DNA of 63,982 nucleotides, the filler included, from Octopus bimaculoides (lineage: Eukaryota): assembly GCF_001194135.2 (NCBI RefSeq). It is 5 parts of 4 records of this genome, joined end to end, with 100 filler letters (N's around TTAATTAATTAA, not from the genome) between each part and the next. Parts side by side here need not be neighbours in the genome. Positions count along the whole stretch, not along the records: positions 33,589 to 50,023 come from NC_068981.1; positions 50,124 to 60,460 come from NC_068997.1; 3 more parts are not named here. One strand, 5' to 3'. A program made the translations under genes and the position numbers. Shown in pieces: positions 46,231 through 59,748 of this stretch. The notes under the pieces are model-generated. The model searched no databases. It worked only from the letters and a program-made list of their open reading frames with translations, and had not been told where the DNA came from. The first letter of the stretch is position 1. Every line of letters starts with the position of its first letter.

Positions 46231-46679
46231 CCTGTTAGAATAACTCACAGCAGTCTTCTATACAACTGTTTCATTTTTTGTCCTATTATCCAACTTTATG
46301 AGTCCCATATAACTATATTTTATATTTCTACATGATCATGTACATCTATCCTCATTTAACAAGGAGTTTGGTTAAGAAAACAGAAAAGAAACAGTGATAA
46401 ATGAATCATTTCCACATATTTTATAAGTGGAATGAATGGTAGGTTCATTGACATCAAACTTGCAACCCACAGCAATGAAGCGTTCCACCTTCACATACTT
46501 TCCTAACATTTTGTACCTTTACCTATAAAGGATACACTTGTCTGCATTGTTTGTTACGGTCTGATGGCTTCGTAGTATTATTTTCTCTTCACTGGTTCCA
46601 TGTTGATCAGTACAAGTATGTAGATCCATATCAAAAAATACGTAGCCTCACACAAACAATAATCTTCTTTATCTATCCA

Positions 46680-46778
46680 GCCATCTATCCACTCACCTGC
46701 CCGTCCATCCACCCACCCAGCCAGCCAGCCAGCCACCCATCCATCCACCCATCCATCCATCCATCCATCCATCCATCT
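46680..46778. repeat. (CCAT)n/(CCAG)n microsatellite
   Basis: Directly visible. Confidence 0.9.
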
Positions 46779-46829
46779 GCCTACCATAATCTATTGAACT
46801 AAAATGTATTATATAGGTAATTCAAAGGT

Positions 46830-47230
46830 CAGTCCACCTCATGGTCCAAGCGAACAGAATGGAGAGGGTGTTGCTCTGGAAGATGGTGAAGGAGATGGAC
46901 TGGAACGGTCACTCCACCTTACGGGGCTCACACTCGTGGATTGCCATCTCTGCCCCAAAAAGCATTGAGCAGGGATGTAGTCCAGGAGCTGAGAATGCCA
47001 GAGGTCCCTGCTGCCACAGGTTCGATCATACACTTGTCAGAGAGCAGCCAATACTTTCATAGTTTGCCCTCTTCAGCCTGATGAGCAAGCAAAGCCCATT
47101 CTGGTGGCTGAACACACCAGGTTTCCACTGGAGGTGTTGCAACAGGTAGCATCCTAGATAAGAGGCCTACAACTGTGCAAGAGAAAAATTGTCAAGCTGT
47201 CTCACCTTTTACAGTCCACAAGCAATAATA
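46830..47230 (+). mobile_element. Possible L1/Tx1-like LINE RT relic
   Basis: GC-richer island; WNGHS...SIEQGCSP resembles VNGHLS...SVRQGCPLSP. Confidence 0.35.
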
Positions 47231-47445
47231 ACCAGTGCATTTTGGGTAGCTGAGCATTATGAGTGGCAACTGGGGCATATTTTTGTGGTACAAGCAGAAT
47301 CTGCAACTGATTACTGATTTGTGTTATCACAGATCAATACATAATGATTGTAACATGGTTCACAAATGAGCATGTTATGTTACCTTGGATTAGTGATAAA
47401 TAAATTAGTGATAAACAAGGTTACATATGTTATATGATTTTAGAT

Positions 47446-47740
47446 TTAACCCTTTCAATACCAACCCGGCTAAAACCACCTCTGGCTCTGTAGTACAAAT
47501 GTCATGTTTTCATAAGTGTTGAATTAAAATCTTCCACCAAACCTTAGTCACAATTTATGTTCCTAACACTAGTTTAATGATAACTAAGTTATTTTACTAA
47601 ATTCTTTGTTATATTTATAGTAATTGAAAGAAACACAGAACATCTCAACAGAAATATGGTGACAAAAGGGTTAACAAATGATTAATTTAACCTTTTTCAT
47701 ACTGACCCGTCTGAAACCAACTCTGGCTCTGTAGTACAAT
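47446..47740 (-). mobile_element. piggyBac-type MITE plus partial second copy
   Basis: Full unit 47446-47674, spacer CAAATGATTAAT, partial unit 47687-47740; reverse complement of the 40.7 kb locus. Confidence 0.87.
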
Positions 47741-48049
47741 TCAGAAAACTTTGAAACTGCTGCAAAAGCATTCACTTCCTAACCACAGGTATGGCAACAT
47801 TTTTAATTGTAATAATAAAAAAAAACATACAATTATCTTACTCTATCACACCCAATATTACACAATCTTTAGATGAAATGAACCAAAGCAAACGGTTGTA
47901 AATTATAACCCTGAGCTGTTTCTGCTTTATAAGACTTGACTCTTAGAATCATGTCCTTTGTTATTGGTGCTGCTTGCACTTTAGTACAATAATTACTGTA
48001 TATATTAATATATGTGTGTGTGTGTGTGTGTGTATACATATACATATAT

Positions 48050-48159
<110 letters not shown>

Positions 48160-48287
48160 TACACTCTCACACACACATCAGTATAATTGTTTACATTATG
48201 GCTAATTAGATAATTGCAATATAGATATAATTAACTATTTCTTTTGTAGTTAATTGTGCTATATCTGTGTGTGTGTGTGTGTGTGTG

Positions 48288-48328
<41 letters not shown>

Positions 48329-48639
48329 TTATCTATCTATGTCTCACTCTCTCTCTGCATTAAATATATATATATGTTCTTTTATGCTTTTATATGTTTA
48401 TATGTTTCAGCCCAAGAAGAGGGGTGACAGTGATTTTGAAGCTTCAGCTTGTTAGCCTTGGTCGGGCCAGCAGAGAAAAACTTCAAAGTCCCTGTCACCC
48501 CTTCCCTTGCAAAAACATAATAAATATGTACTCTACAGAAAGCATTGAATAATTCCTCAGTTTAATACTAAATATTTTTGAAACAACTTGATATACAAAA
48601 CAAACATTAATATACATACAAACACACACACATATAATA

Positions 48640-49027
48640 GGCGCAGGAGTGGCTGCGTGGCAAGTAGCTTGTTTACCAAAAACATGATTCTGAGTTCAGT
48701 CCCACTGCATGGCACCTTGGGCAAGTATCTTCTACTATAGCTTCGCACCAACCAAAGCCTTGTGAGTGGATTTGGTAGACGGAAACTGAAAGAAGCCCGT
48801 TGTATATATATATGTATATGTATGTTAGCGTGTCTGTGTTTGTTCCCCCACCATCGCTTGACAACCGATGTTTGTGTGTTTATGTCCCTGTAACTTAGCG
48901 GTTCGGCAAAAAGAGACCGATAGAATAAGTACTAGGCTTACAAAGAATAAGTCCTGAGGTCAATTTGTTCGACTAAAGGTGGTGCTCCAGCATGGCCGCA
49001 GTCAAATGACTGAAACAAATAAAAGAA
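48640..49027 (+). mobile_element. SINE family A, full length
   Basis: Same architecture as 34071. Confidence 0.92.
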
Positions 49028-49074
49028 TATATATATATATATGTATAAGTACGTATGTATTGACCCATTCTTGA

Positions 49075-49337
49075 CTGTCTCCCCGTGTTGGTGGCATGTA
49101 AAAAGCACCATCCGAACGTGACCAATGCCAGTGCCGCCTGACTGGCTTCTGTGCCGGTGGCACATAAAAAGCACCCACTACACTCTCTGAGTGGTTGGTG
49201 TTAGGAGGGGCATCCAGCTGTAGAAACTCTGCCAGATCAGATTGGGGCCTGGAGCAGCCTCCTGGCTTGCCAGTCCTCAGTCAAACCATCCAACCCATGC
49301 CAGCATGGAAAGCGGACGTTAAATTATGATGATGATG
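49075..49337 (+). mobile_element. Family E repeat
   Basis: Internal GGTGGCACATAAAAAGCACC repeats and CCATGCCAGCATGGAAAGCGGACGTTAAA(GAT)n tail. Confidence 0.88.
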
Positions 49338-49679
49338 TATGTATGTATGCACATACACATATATAGACACACATACACACATATACACAGACATACATAC
49401 ATATATATATATGTATAATCATCTGAGCAAATATTGTCTTCAATTTGACACCCCATTCACATGGAAATATTATTGGCATATTTTATAGCCATTGGAAAGG
49501 TCGTGGTAATCTATGGCAAACATTTAATTACACTTAATTAACATTTAATTAGCTCTTATAACATTGCATGTGTTCACCAGTTTCTAAGATTGTAATCTGG
49601 GTCATTATGAGGGAAAAGTTCTTCAGCTATGAAATACTAGTTGTCAGTAGACCATATCACATAAAGCCTACAGTAGTGA

Positions 49680-50023
49680 CGGGGGGGGGGTGCGGATAGC
49701 GATGATGACGGTCATGGTGGTGGTGGTGGCGGCTGTGGTGACGGCAGTGGTGGTAGTGGTTGTGGTGGTGATGCTGATGTGGGGGAGAGACTGATGCTGC
49801 TGGTGATGATAGTGGTGCCCATGGTTGTGGTGACAGTGATGGTGGTAATAATGATGGTTGTGGTGGTTATGGTGATGGTGATGTTGGTGGGGTGAGCTGC
49901 GGCTGCGGTGGTGGTTGTGGCAGTGATGGTGGTAGTAGTAGGGATGTAATGGTAGTGGGACGGTGGTAGTGGTGGTGATGCTACTGTTGGTGTTAATAGT
50001 TATGTTATGTTGGTGGTGGTGGT
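49680..50023. repeat. (GGT/GAT)-rich low-complexity tract
   Basis: Directly visible; ends at a join. Confidence 0.85.
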
Positions 50024-50123
50024 NNNNNNNNNNNNNNNNNNNNNNNNNNNNNNNNNNNNNNNNNNNNTTAATTAATTAANNNNNNNNNNNNNNNNNNNNN
50101 NNNNNNNNNNNNNNNNNNNNNNN
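50024..50123. other. Artificial scaffold join N44-TTAATTAATTAA-N44
   Basis: Same 100-bp structure. Confidence 0.95.
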
Positions 50124-50164
<41 letters not shown>

Positions 50165-51079
50165 ATACATGCGCATAGACATACATATATGATTGCAATG
50201 TATGTATACCAATTGAAAAAAGATTATAAATTGAAATATAGTTAAGTGTTAATATGAAATGTAAAAGAAATGTAACAGGAATATTATCAAATATGTTATA
50301 AATATGTTGTAATAATTTGATAACAAGAAAAATAATAAGATATGGCAAGTAGAAGGCTTAAGAATTTGTTAAGAAAAATGTATTTTTCGTTTTTTGCTTT
50401 GGTTTGTCTTTTTGGTACAGATTAGTAAAAAGCCACATAGGAGAGTTCTGAAAATTGGAAATAGGCTCTTTTTTGGGTTTAGTTTTGATTTCTTGTCTTT
50501 TAATTCTCAGATTTTTTCTTTTTTTTTTCAACCTGAAGAGATTTCTTTAAAAATCCTGAATTGTAGCTGTATGCACTTGAAATGACTTTATTAATATTAC
50601 TATTTTAAGGACAATAGAAGGAAGAATTGATAGAGCAATGAAGTGCATATTCACCTAACCCATGCAAGCATGAAAAATTANNNNNNNNNNNNNNNNNNNN
50701 NNNNNNNNNNNNNNNNNNNNNNNNNNNNNNNNNNNNNNNNNNNNNNNNNNNNNNNNNNNNNNNNNNNNNNNNNNNNNNNNNNNNNNNNNNNNNNNNNNNN
50801 NNNNNNNNNNNNNNNNNNNNNNNNNNNNNNNNNNNNNNNNNNNNNNNNNNNNNNNNNNNNNNNNNNNNNNNNNNNNNNNNNNNNNNNNNNNNNNNNNNNN
50901 NNNNNNNNNNNNNNNNNNNNNNNNNNNNNNNNNNNNNNNNNNNNNNNNNNNNNNNNNNNNNNNNNNNNNNNNNNNNNNNNNNNNNNNNNNNNNNNNNNNN
51001 NNNNNNNNNNNNNNNNNNNNNNNNNNNNNNNNNNNNNNNNNNNNNNNNNNNNNNNNNNNNNNNNNNNNNNNNNNNNNNN

Positions 51080-51124
<45 letters not shown>

Positions 51125-51689
51125 CAACCCATGCTAGCATGGAAAGCGGACGTTAAACGATGATGATGATATATATTCATTTCCTCAACATTGAATTAAA
51201 TGATAACTTTCCGCTGCTGACATGATCAGATAAAATTTATTGAAGCAGAGTTTTTGAGTGGATACTCTCTCTGGTGCCAACCCTCACATATTTCCAAGCA
51301 AGACAATATTTTCCAATGGCCAGACATGGTTTGATAGAAAATTGGAAGCAAATCTTATGACTGAGACACTTATTTGCACTATTATGCAATATGAAGAGAA
51401 GGAGACACATATTCAAACGTACACTCAAGCAAAAATTCCTTTTCTGTTACACACTAAACCCTGTCTTCCAAAAAAAGATTCTTTTCTCATTTGTATTGAT
51501 AGCAAAATACCATACGTAGTAACCTACAACAGATAATGACTGACTGATCTTTTGATTGATTGATAGATCAGTAGATTAATACATAGATCGGTAGAGAGAT
51601 AGCTAGATCGGTAGATAGATGGGCAGATAGATAGATACATAGATAGACAGACAGATAAATAGATATAAGATATATAGATGGATATATAA

Positions 51690-51920
51690 CGGGGACGTAA
51701 ACACACCAGCATCAGTTGTCAAGCGATGTTCGGGGGGCAAACACAGACACACAAACATATACATACATATATATATACGACGGGCTTCTTTCAGTTACCA
51801 TCAACCAAATCCACTCACAAGGCTTTGGTCGGCCTGAGGCTATAGTAGAAGATACTTGCCCAAGGTGCCACGCAGTGGGACTGAACCCAGAACCATGTGG
51901 TTAGTAAGCAAGCTACTTAC
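51690..51920 (-). mobile_element. SINE family A, 5' half
   Basis: Reverse complement of the head and core of 45102. Confidence 0.88.
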
Positions 51921-51934
51921 CATACCCCCTCCTA

Positions 51935-52087
51935 CACCTATAAAGAGTACAACAGGGGTTGCCACCACCCCCTGCTGTAGCCTCGTGGAGCTTTAGGTGT
52001 TTTCGCTCGATAAACACACACGCCCGGTCTGGGAATTGAAATCGCGATCCCACAAGCACGAGTTCGCTGTCCTAACCACTGGGCCAC
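51935..52087 (-). mobile_element. SINE family D, 5' part
   Basis: CTCGTGGAGCTTTAGGTGTTTTCGCTC..CCCGGTCTGGGAAT.GAAA.CGCGATCC matches the reverse complement of 44400-44540. Confidence 0.88.
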
Positions 52088-52237
52088 TGTTGCTCATATG
52101 TCACAACTGTTGTCAAGATATGCTTGGATCAGTGTTTACCCCAAGTGGAATCTTGGACCAATGATAACACAACTGATCAAAAGAATGACCACAAATTTTG
52201 ACAGAAAATAAATAAATAGATAAATAAATAAACATAT

Positions 52238-52600
52238 ACATACAAGCGTGGTCGATGCCAGTGCCACTTGACTGGCTCCTGTGCCAGTGTCATGCAAAAA
52301 GCACCATTTGAGTATGGTCGATGCCAGTACCGCCTGACTGGCTCCTGTGCTGGTGTCATGTAAAAAGCACCATTTGAACGTGGTCGATGCCAGTGCCGCC
52401 TGACTGACCCCCATACCAGTGGCACATAAAAAACAGCCACTACCATCTCGGAGTGGCTGGTGTTAGGAATGGCATCGAGCTGTAGAAACCTTGCCAGATC
52501 AGATTGGATCCTGGTGCAGCCTCCTGGCTTGCCAGTCTTCGGTCAAACAGTCCAACCCATGCTAGCATGGAAAGTGGACGTTAGACGATGATGATGATGA
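52238..52600 (+). mobile_element. Family E repeat with three 66-bp internal units
   Basis: GTCGATGCCAG recurs at 52251, 52317 and 52384; (GAT)n tail. Confidence 0.9.
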
Positions 52601-54039
52601 TATATATATATATATATATATATAATTATAAAATATGGTAATTAATCATATATTAATTAATATCGATTAATTACCAGGAGGCCAGCACATCTAAAGAATC
52701 AAAGAGATTCAGAAATAGTATCTGCAATCTCAGGGGATTAAGGAACATTTTTATATATAACGTTGACCACTAACGTGGACAATTAATGTGCTAGAAATAG
52801 ATCACATCTTGTGTCTNNNNNNNNNNNNNNNNNNNNNNNNNNNNNNNNNNNNNNNNNNNNNNNNNNNNNNNNNNNNNNNNNNNNNNNNNNNNNNNNNNNN
52901 NNNNNNNNNNNNNNNNNNNNNNNNNNNNNNNNNNNNNNNNNNNNNNNNNNNNNNNNNNNNNNNNNNNNNNNNNNNNNNNNNNNNNNNNNNNNNNNNNNNN
53001 NNNNNNNNNNNNNNNNNNNNNNNNNNNNNNNNNNNNNNNNNNNNNNNNNNNNNNNNNNNNNNNNNNNNNNNNNNNNNNNNATACACAAATAAATACAATA
53101 ACTGAAACATTCATTTTTCTACTATTTGTGAATATTCAAAATATAAATGTTTCATTCCTTGATAATTGTGTGAAGCTTATGTCATTATATTCCTTTTAGT
53201 TCTTATTATCCCCTTTATCAATCAGGTAATAAAGATCAATAAAAGTACGTTCACATTTGGCTCTGTTTCCCATGATTCTTTTCCTAACATCAATTAGTTT
53301 CAATGAAAAGAAAACCAAAAAAAAAAAAAAAAAAACAAGATCTGGTGATTAAGATGGCTATTGTTATCTGGAATTTATTTCCATTTTTGTTTTCCAACAT
53401 TTATATTTTTATCAGAGGAATAAAATTAAAAGTATGTTTGTATAGAATGTTTAATGAAAGAAATTATGTTCTGAATGGAGTTTCTATTAAATTGTAAAAG
53501 TAAATATTTTTGTTTGAAAGATTTCGTATTAGACAAACAAGTGGACTGGCATAAATATCTCATTTAATTAAAAAATGTTTTGATCGATAAATTATAAAAT
53601 TATAAAAACATTACCAACACATAACATAAGAAAATAAACCTGAAAACATGCAATGATCTACTTAGTAAATTGCCTTATAAACATATATAATTATTACTTT
53701 TTATCTGCATATACACACATGAATTAACATTCAATCGACGTATAAATTTCTGACATATAACAAGTCTCCTTGTTTACATTATTTTATGTACAAAACATGA
53801 GATATACAGACACTTTCAGTAGCAATATTTGTCTGTATGTCCATCAGGTCATTTACTAATACATTAATAGGTTGCCCCAACTTAGTACCATGATCCCAAG
53901 AATGACTAAAAAGGAGGCTAAATACATTTTCCTCTCTTTAGCATAGAACATATTAAGACATTCTTTTCCTTAGAAGCCAATCTGAAGAATAATGGTTTTA
54001 AAGAGTAAAAAGAGGGTAATGACTATGGGATTGCACCTA

Positions 54040-54305
54040 GAAAGTTCCCCTCCAAGACTAAAGTCTGGGCATGTTGCCCATGCATACCAGCCTCTCCTCT
54101 CCTCTCCATGCCACTAATGTTATCCAAGGGAAAAGCAAAGGCCAATACAGCTTAGCACCAGTGACGTTGTAACTCATTTCTACAGTCGAGTGAACCAGGA
54201 CAACATGAAATAGAATGTCTTGTTCAAGAACATGACACAGAGTCCAGGAATCGAACTCACTACCTCATGATTGTAAGCCTGGCATTCTAACCACTGAACC
54301 ATGCA
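54040..54305 (-). mobile_element. SINE family C with a different tail
   Basis: Head reverse-complement GCATGGTTCAGTGGTTAGAATG...GAGTTCGATTCCTGGAC and core TGTTCTTGAACAAGACATT. Confidence 0.78.
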
Positions 54306-54488
54306 CATTCGCAGTGGTTTTAAAAGGCTCAATATTAAAATGTCTAAGATATTTTCCTTTTTACTTTCTCAATTAAACACTTGTAAACAAAATGTGTCCT
54401 TACATAGTACGCAAGTATGAAATGTATCTTCATGACATGCACACAAAAATTGTGTACTTTGATTCCATACACATATACACACCTACAT

Positions 54489-54810
54489 ATGCAGTCTGAT
54501 CACAAAGTATTGGGACTATTGCTATGGTAACAGAGTTATTGTATGCAGAGTGAAGCCACTTGGCACAGATTGAGCTTGAACTGTCATGCATACACAACTA
54601 AGTTATAATAATCTTGCTCTTTTCCGCTGTTTATAGCAGTGCTTGGAAGTAAAGTGTGTAGAATATGGTCACCACATTGAGACCATTGAGTAGAAATTCT
54701 GCATCAAATGTTGTCAAAAGCTTGGTGACATCTGTGCAGAGACCTATGCAAAGCTACAGAATGTGTATGGGGAGGGGTGCATGTATGAATGGCTCAAATA
54801 TTTTTAAGAT
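54489..54810 (+). mobile_element. Mariner 5' end
   Basis: TIR-like ..GTCTGATCACAAAGTATTGGGACT and KFCIKCCQKLGDICAETYAKLQNVYGEGCM..EWLK; homologous to 18291-18547. Confidence 0.82.
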
Positions 54811-55315
54811 GACTGGGGCTATAATGGAAGACACTTGCTGCACGGTGGAACTGAACCCAAATCTGCATAGTTGCAAAGTGAACTTCTTAACCACTCAGTC
54901 ACACCTGTGTCTATAAACTGTTGTGGCTGTGCGGTAACTAGCTTGTTTACCATCCACATGGTTCCAGGTTCAGTCCCACTGCATGGCGTCTTAGGCAAGT
55001 ATCTTCTACTACAGCCTCAGGCCGACCAAAGTCTTGTGAGTGGATTTGGTAGAGGAAAACCAAAAGAAGTCTGTTGCACACACATTTGTGTGTGCGTGTG
55101 TGTTTGTTTGTATGTCTGTGTTTGTCCTTCACCATGACTTGACAACCGATGTTGGTGTGTTTAGATACTTGTAACTTAGCTGTTGGGCAAAAGAGACCGA
55201 TAGAGTAAGTACTAGGCTTACAAAGAATAAGTCCTGGGGTCGATTTGCTCGACTAAAGGTGGTGCTCCAGCATGGCCACAGTCAAATGACTGAAACAAGT
55301 AAAAGAATCAAAGAA
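54811..55315. mobile_element. Head-to-head SINEs (minus-strand head 54811-54908; plus-strand family A 54921-55315)
   Basis: TATAATGGAAGACACTTGC...GAACCC...TAACCACTCAGTCAC, followed by GTGGCTGTGCGGTAA...GTCAAATGACTGAAACAAGT. Confidence 0.8.
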
Positions 55316-55395
55316 TGAAGAAATAAATATAAAATGTTCAGAAAGTCAGAAAATCAAACTACTTCAAAATTATAAATCCATCACTGAAGTATATA

Positions 55396-55436
<41 letters not shown>

Positions 55437-55900
55437 GTATATAGCAATAGAAATAAGGAATATGATTGACATGTCCTATTTTAAGTTGTTCTAACTACAT
55501 AAACAAAAACCCATGGGTGATTTTAACCAATTGTTAACAATATCTGCATCTGCTTAAACTTATACAACCACACATGCATATTCACATGAGCATACATGCT
55601 TACTGATGTTAGTCCACGTTTGTAAGAACTGGAATGTGTTGCAAAGAATTGAATTATTCAATGCATGGCATCAGATTATGACATATTTCGTGGGTATTTA
55701 TATAGTGCTTGCATATTTTTAGTTATTTCTTTAAAAAGAAAGAAAGGTATTGGTGTTTAGTCTCTAACCATCACCAGATTACAAGATTTCATCTAATAAA
55801 TATATGCATACATTTGTGTGTATAAATACATGACTATATGTCATATATATATATATATATATTATATCAATATATATGTGTATGTATATATATATATGTG

Positions 55901-55959
<59 letters not shown>

Positions 55960-57526
55960 ATCTGTAAGTGTGTATATATGTGTATATTTATATGTATGCA
56001 TAAAGTACCTGTGTGTGCTTTGTATGCTTTTTCCAGTAGGATTTTAGGGTTTTCTATTCTACAGTATTCAGTGAATATTGCACACCAGAACCAATGAGTC
56101 AATGACAGATGTATCAAATGATTTCTTCCTGCTTGAGTCACATTCATATGGTCAAAATTTCACAGACTGACAAATGACAAAATCAAGCCAGCCTACCTTG
56201 CTCTGTCTATATAAAAGATTGTCGTGACATAAGATAATCAACCTTGAGGGACTGATGTCATGTATAAATATTTAATATAATAAAATGCCCAGTATGTCTG
56301 TATTGGCATTCATTGTTTGTAGGTAAAACTCTGACACAATAGACCACGATGTTATAGTGGCAAGGGCAGATCATTCTTTCAAGTAAGAATATTCTGTACA
56401 TGAATAAGCAATGTAATACTACAGATAAAAAGAATTTATATAAATGCTTTTATTCAATCTTTTTTACATAAACTAGGAATTTTTTTATCATTCAATAAAG
56501 AACAGGCAAACCTCATAGGTGGGTTGGTGGCGGGACATGGAAGTGTCCAAATTTTATATCATGAAAGAAATAAAGAAATTTTCTTGTTAAATGTGTGAAG
56601 AAATCTGAATACCCAAGCATTGAAATGGTTAATATTTTTAGTTTTTTTTTTTTTGTGTGTGTCATGGGTGTATTAGAACATNNNNNNNNNNNNNNNNNNN
56701 NNNNNNNNNNNNNNNNNNNNNNNNNNNNNNNNNNNNNNNNNNNNNNNNNNNNNNNNNNNNNNNNNNNNNNNNNNNNNNNNNNNNNNNNNNNNNNNNNNNN
56801 NNNNNNNNNNNNNNNNNNNNNNNNNNNNNNNNNNNNNNNNNNNNNNNNNNNNNNNNNNNNNNNNNNNNNNNNNNNNNNNNNNNNNNNNNNNNNNNNNNNN
56901 NNNNNNNNNNNNNNNNNNNNNNNNNNNNNNNNNNNNNNNNNNNNNNNNNNNNNNNNNNNNNNNNNNNNNNNNNNNNNNNNNNNNNNNNNNNNNNNNNNNN
57001 NNNNNNNNNNNNNNNNNNNNNNNNNNNNNNNATATATATATATATATATAATATTATTTATTTCTTCTATATAAGACAAAAACGAAAAGAAACTTATGTG
57101 CTCTGTGCACCTTTGTGTTGAAGAAAGTTCTGACATATGATGGGCACATGTAAGGTAAATAAGGTTATATGTCAAGACCTAAAAGTTTCATGCAATTTAT
57201 CTTAGGACTGACTAACTCATCAGTGGATTGAAAGGAAATTTCTTTTCAATATGATGATGAGTACAGCTGGCCATAATGTTGATTGCATGAAACCTTTAGG
57301 TCTGGATAAGTAATCCAGTTAAAATTCTCCATAACACATATGTATGCATGAACAAACACACAAACACACATAAGCCAGATGTGCATATATATTTATATAT
57401 ATACATATGCATGATTATATATGTGTCTGGGGATAGGCTGTGTGTAAACTTTTACAAAATGAGATACCTTGTATACTTAATCTGATTGGCAACACATTTC
57501 TGTATAAAGACACCTATATGCAGTTA

Positions 57527-57566
<40 letters not shown>

Positions 57567-57646
57567 TTCTATACACTGAATTACTAAGCATACATTGCTA
57601 CATACATTTAGATATATAGATACATGTATATCAATCTATATATATG

Positions 57647-57719
<73 letters not shown>

Positions 57720-57805
57720 TAAGATCTAAACATGGACGTACATATACACATCCATGTATATTCACACACACATGCATATATATGTGAATGCAAATATTAA
57801 TATTA

Positions 57806-58020
57806 TTATCATCATTTAGTGTCTCCTTTCCATGATAGCATGGGTTGGACTGTTTCATAGAAGCTGACAATTTTGAAGAAGACTGCATCAGACTCTGCCC
57901 TCTTCTTTGGTACGGTTTCTATGACTAGATGCCCTTCCTAATGCCAACCATTTTACAGAATACATTGGGTGTTCTTAATGTGGCACCAGCAATGGTGAGG
58001 TCACCAAATTACTTGCAAGA
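57806..58020 (-). mobile_element. Family E repeat, old copy
   Basis: CATCATCATTTA.TGTC..CTTTCCATG..AGCATGGGTTGGAC...GATGCCCTTCCTAATGCCAACC; CpGs decayed. Confidence 0.78.
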
Positions 58021-58203
58021 CATGACTATTCAATTGTGGAGGAATTAGTATTGAAGGAGATAGCGTTGTACCAGATGTTGAGAGGTTAGAGTGTAAATAA
58101 AGAGAGAGAAATAGGCACCTTGCAGTGGAGGAGATACATAGTTAGAGAGAGAGAGAGAAGATGTGATGGCGAGAGAAGATGATGAATATATGTATGTATG
58201 TAT

Positions 58204-58700
58204 TTCTTCTACTTTCTAATTATCATAAATCTTCCACTGAGGAGGGTGCTAGTTTCCAACAAAGATACAAGGCTCCATCTTTGGGATGTAGTTAACACAG
58301 ACAAATTCACATTTAGAACTTGAGAAAAGTCTTGCATATTTTTACTGTTTCACTCACAGATTGCACTTGTAATATACGAATTAGCTGGTCAGTTTCTCTT
58401 TCTGAAAATCTCAGTTTATCCAGATTCTCCTTCAAGCATTTACTAACAAAACCTAGTGCTCCAATTATTATTGATATGAATAAAAATTCATAGTCTGGAT
58501 ATAGAAGCTGGAGGTTTCAAAGCAGTTGTCCTGAGATATCCTCTTTTTCTTTGAATTTCAAAGAGATATTTATATCTGCCGAGCAGATAGCTGCTATGAT
58601 GGTATACACCTTTGCTCTTCTGTCCCAAACAACAATATCCGGCCTGTTATGCTTTTATTTAACAGAAGTTTTAATGCAAACATTCCACCAGTATTCCTTG
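58204..58700 (-). mobile_element. RLE-type non-LTR retrotransposon 3' end inside (CATA)n
   Basis: WWNVCIKT..KHNRPDIVVWDRRAK...ISLKFKEKEDI...LQLLYPDYEFLFISIIIGALGFV...LQVQSVSETVKICKTFLKF*; (CATA)n on both sides (58190-58203 and 58700-58760). Confidence 0.9.
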
Positions 58701-59064
58701 TATGTATGTATGTATGTATGTATGTATGTATGTATGTATGCATGCATGTATGTGTGTATGCATAATCTTTTGAAAACTGGTGTTATATGTGAGATGCATC
58801 AAATTTCATGCTTAGACTGTCAGAAAATAAATAGGCTTAAATAGGGCACTATGTACAACTTGGCAATCGTTCAGACTCAAATGACATGGATATTCCATGG
58901 GGATATATGAGAGAGAAAAATAAGTGAATAGGAAGAGATGCATTAAAAGAAAGTAGGGAAAATTTACATTGCTTTAACCTGTTAAAAGAAGAATATAGTT
59001 AATACTTTGTCTTTACATCTAGAAATGCATACCTTTTGAAGGTATCAAATCAGAGAACGTTAAA

Positions 59065-59299
59065 GTGCATTAAACTGTATGTAATCTGGTGAGAGGGGCA
59101 CATTCCAGTTTGATAACAGAAACATGTGAAGTATACATCTTGTTTAGTAGATTGATACAGATCATCACATCCTTCTGAATGCACCATCTGGCTACAATGA
59201 AGACCAAAACATTATACGAGATGTATACATCTCAATAATTTTATGTTGTCAAACTGGAAGACACACCACACCACCAGATTAGACTTACACTTAATGCAC
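59065..59299. mobile_element. Imperfect fold-back / MITE-like element
   Basis: Outer GTGCATTAA/TTAATGCAC and inner arms AATCTGGTG...TTCCAGTTTGA.AAC...GTATACATCT in inverted orientation. Confidence 0.6.
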
Positions 59300-59676
59300 A
59301 CTTGATGCCTTTCCTCCATTCAACTAACCTCTACCACCACTAGACATAGATTTTAGATATAATAATAACTCAAGTGTAACAATGTTATTTTATAAAGGAT
59401 TTAAAAGATATAATATCTATTACCCTTTCTTTTAAAACCTTTCTTGATTTTTTCTTGTTTTCTCACATTTCCTCATTAAGTAGCAATGTAATTTGAGCCT
59501 TGAAGGAATGCAGAATCATTTATGGTAAGCTATACAAGCCAGATAGATTACTGTACAATATGAGAATAAAAATTAAAATAGCTCATGTATAACTCATGTA
59601 TTCCTTAAATTGTATTTATCTCTCATCACTGAACTGGGTATTTTTTGTTGATCCTATCAATATGCAAATTGTACAA

Positions 59677-59748
<72 letters not shown>

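Noticed and set aside
46841-47062. GC-rich 73-aa ORF as a host exon
   Set aside because: QGCSP and NGHS motifs point to a decayed LINE RT; no good donor.
49680-50023. Gly-rich or His/Thr-rich coding sequence, or G-quadruplex
   Set aside because: Degenerate (GGT)n microsatellite truncated by a join; mostly GG runs.
50068-50079. TTAATTAATTAA as a conserved biological motif
   Set aside because: Always centred in exactly 44+44 Ns; synthetic linker.
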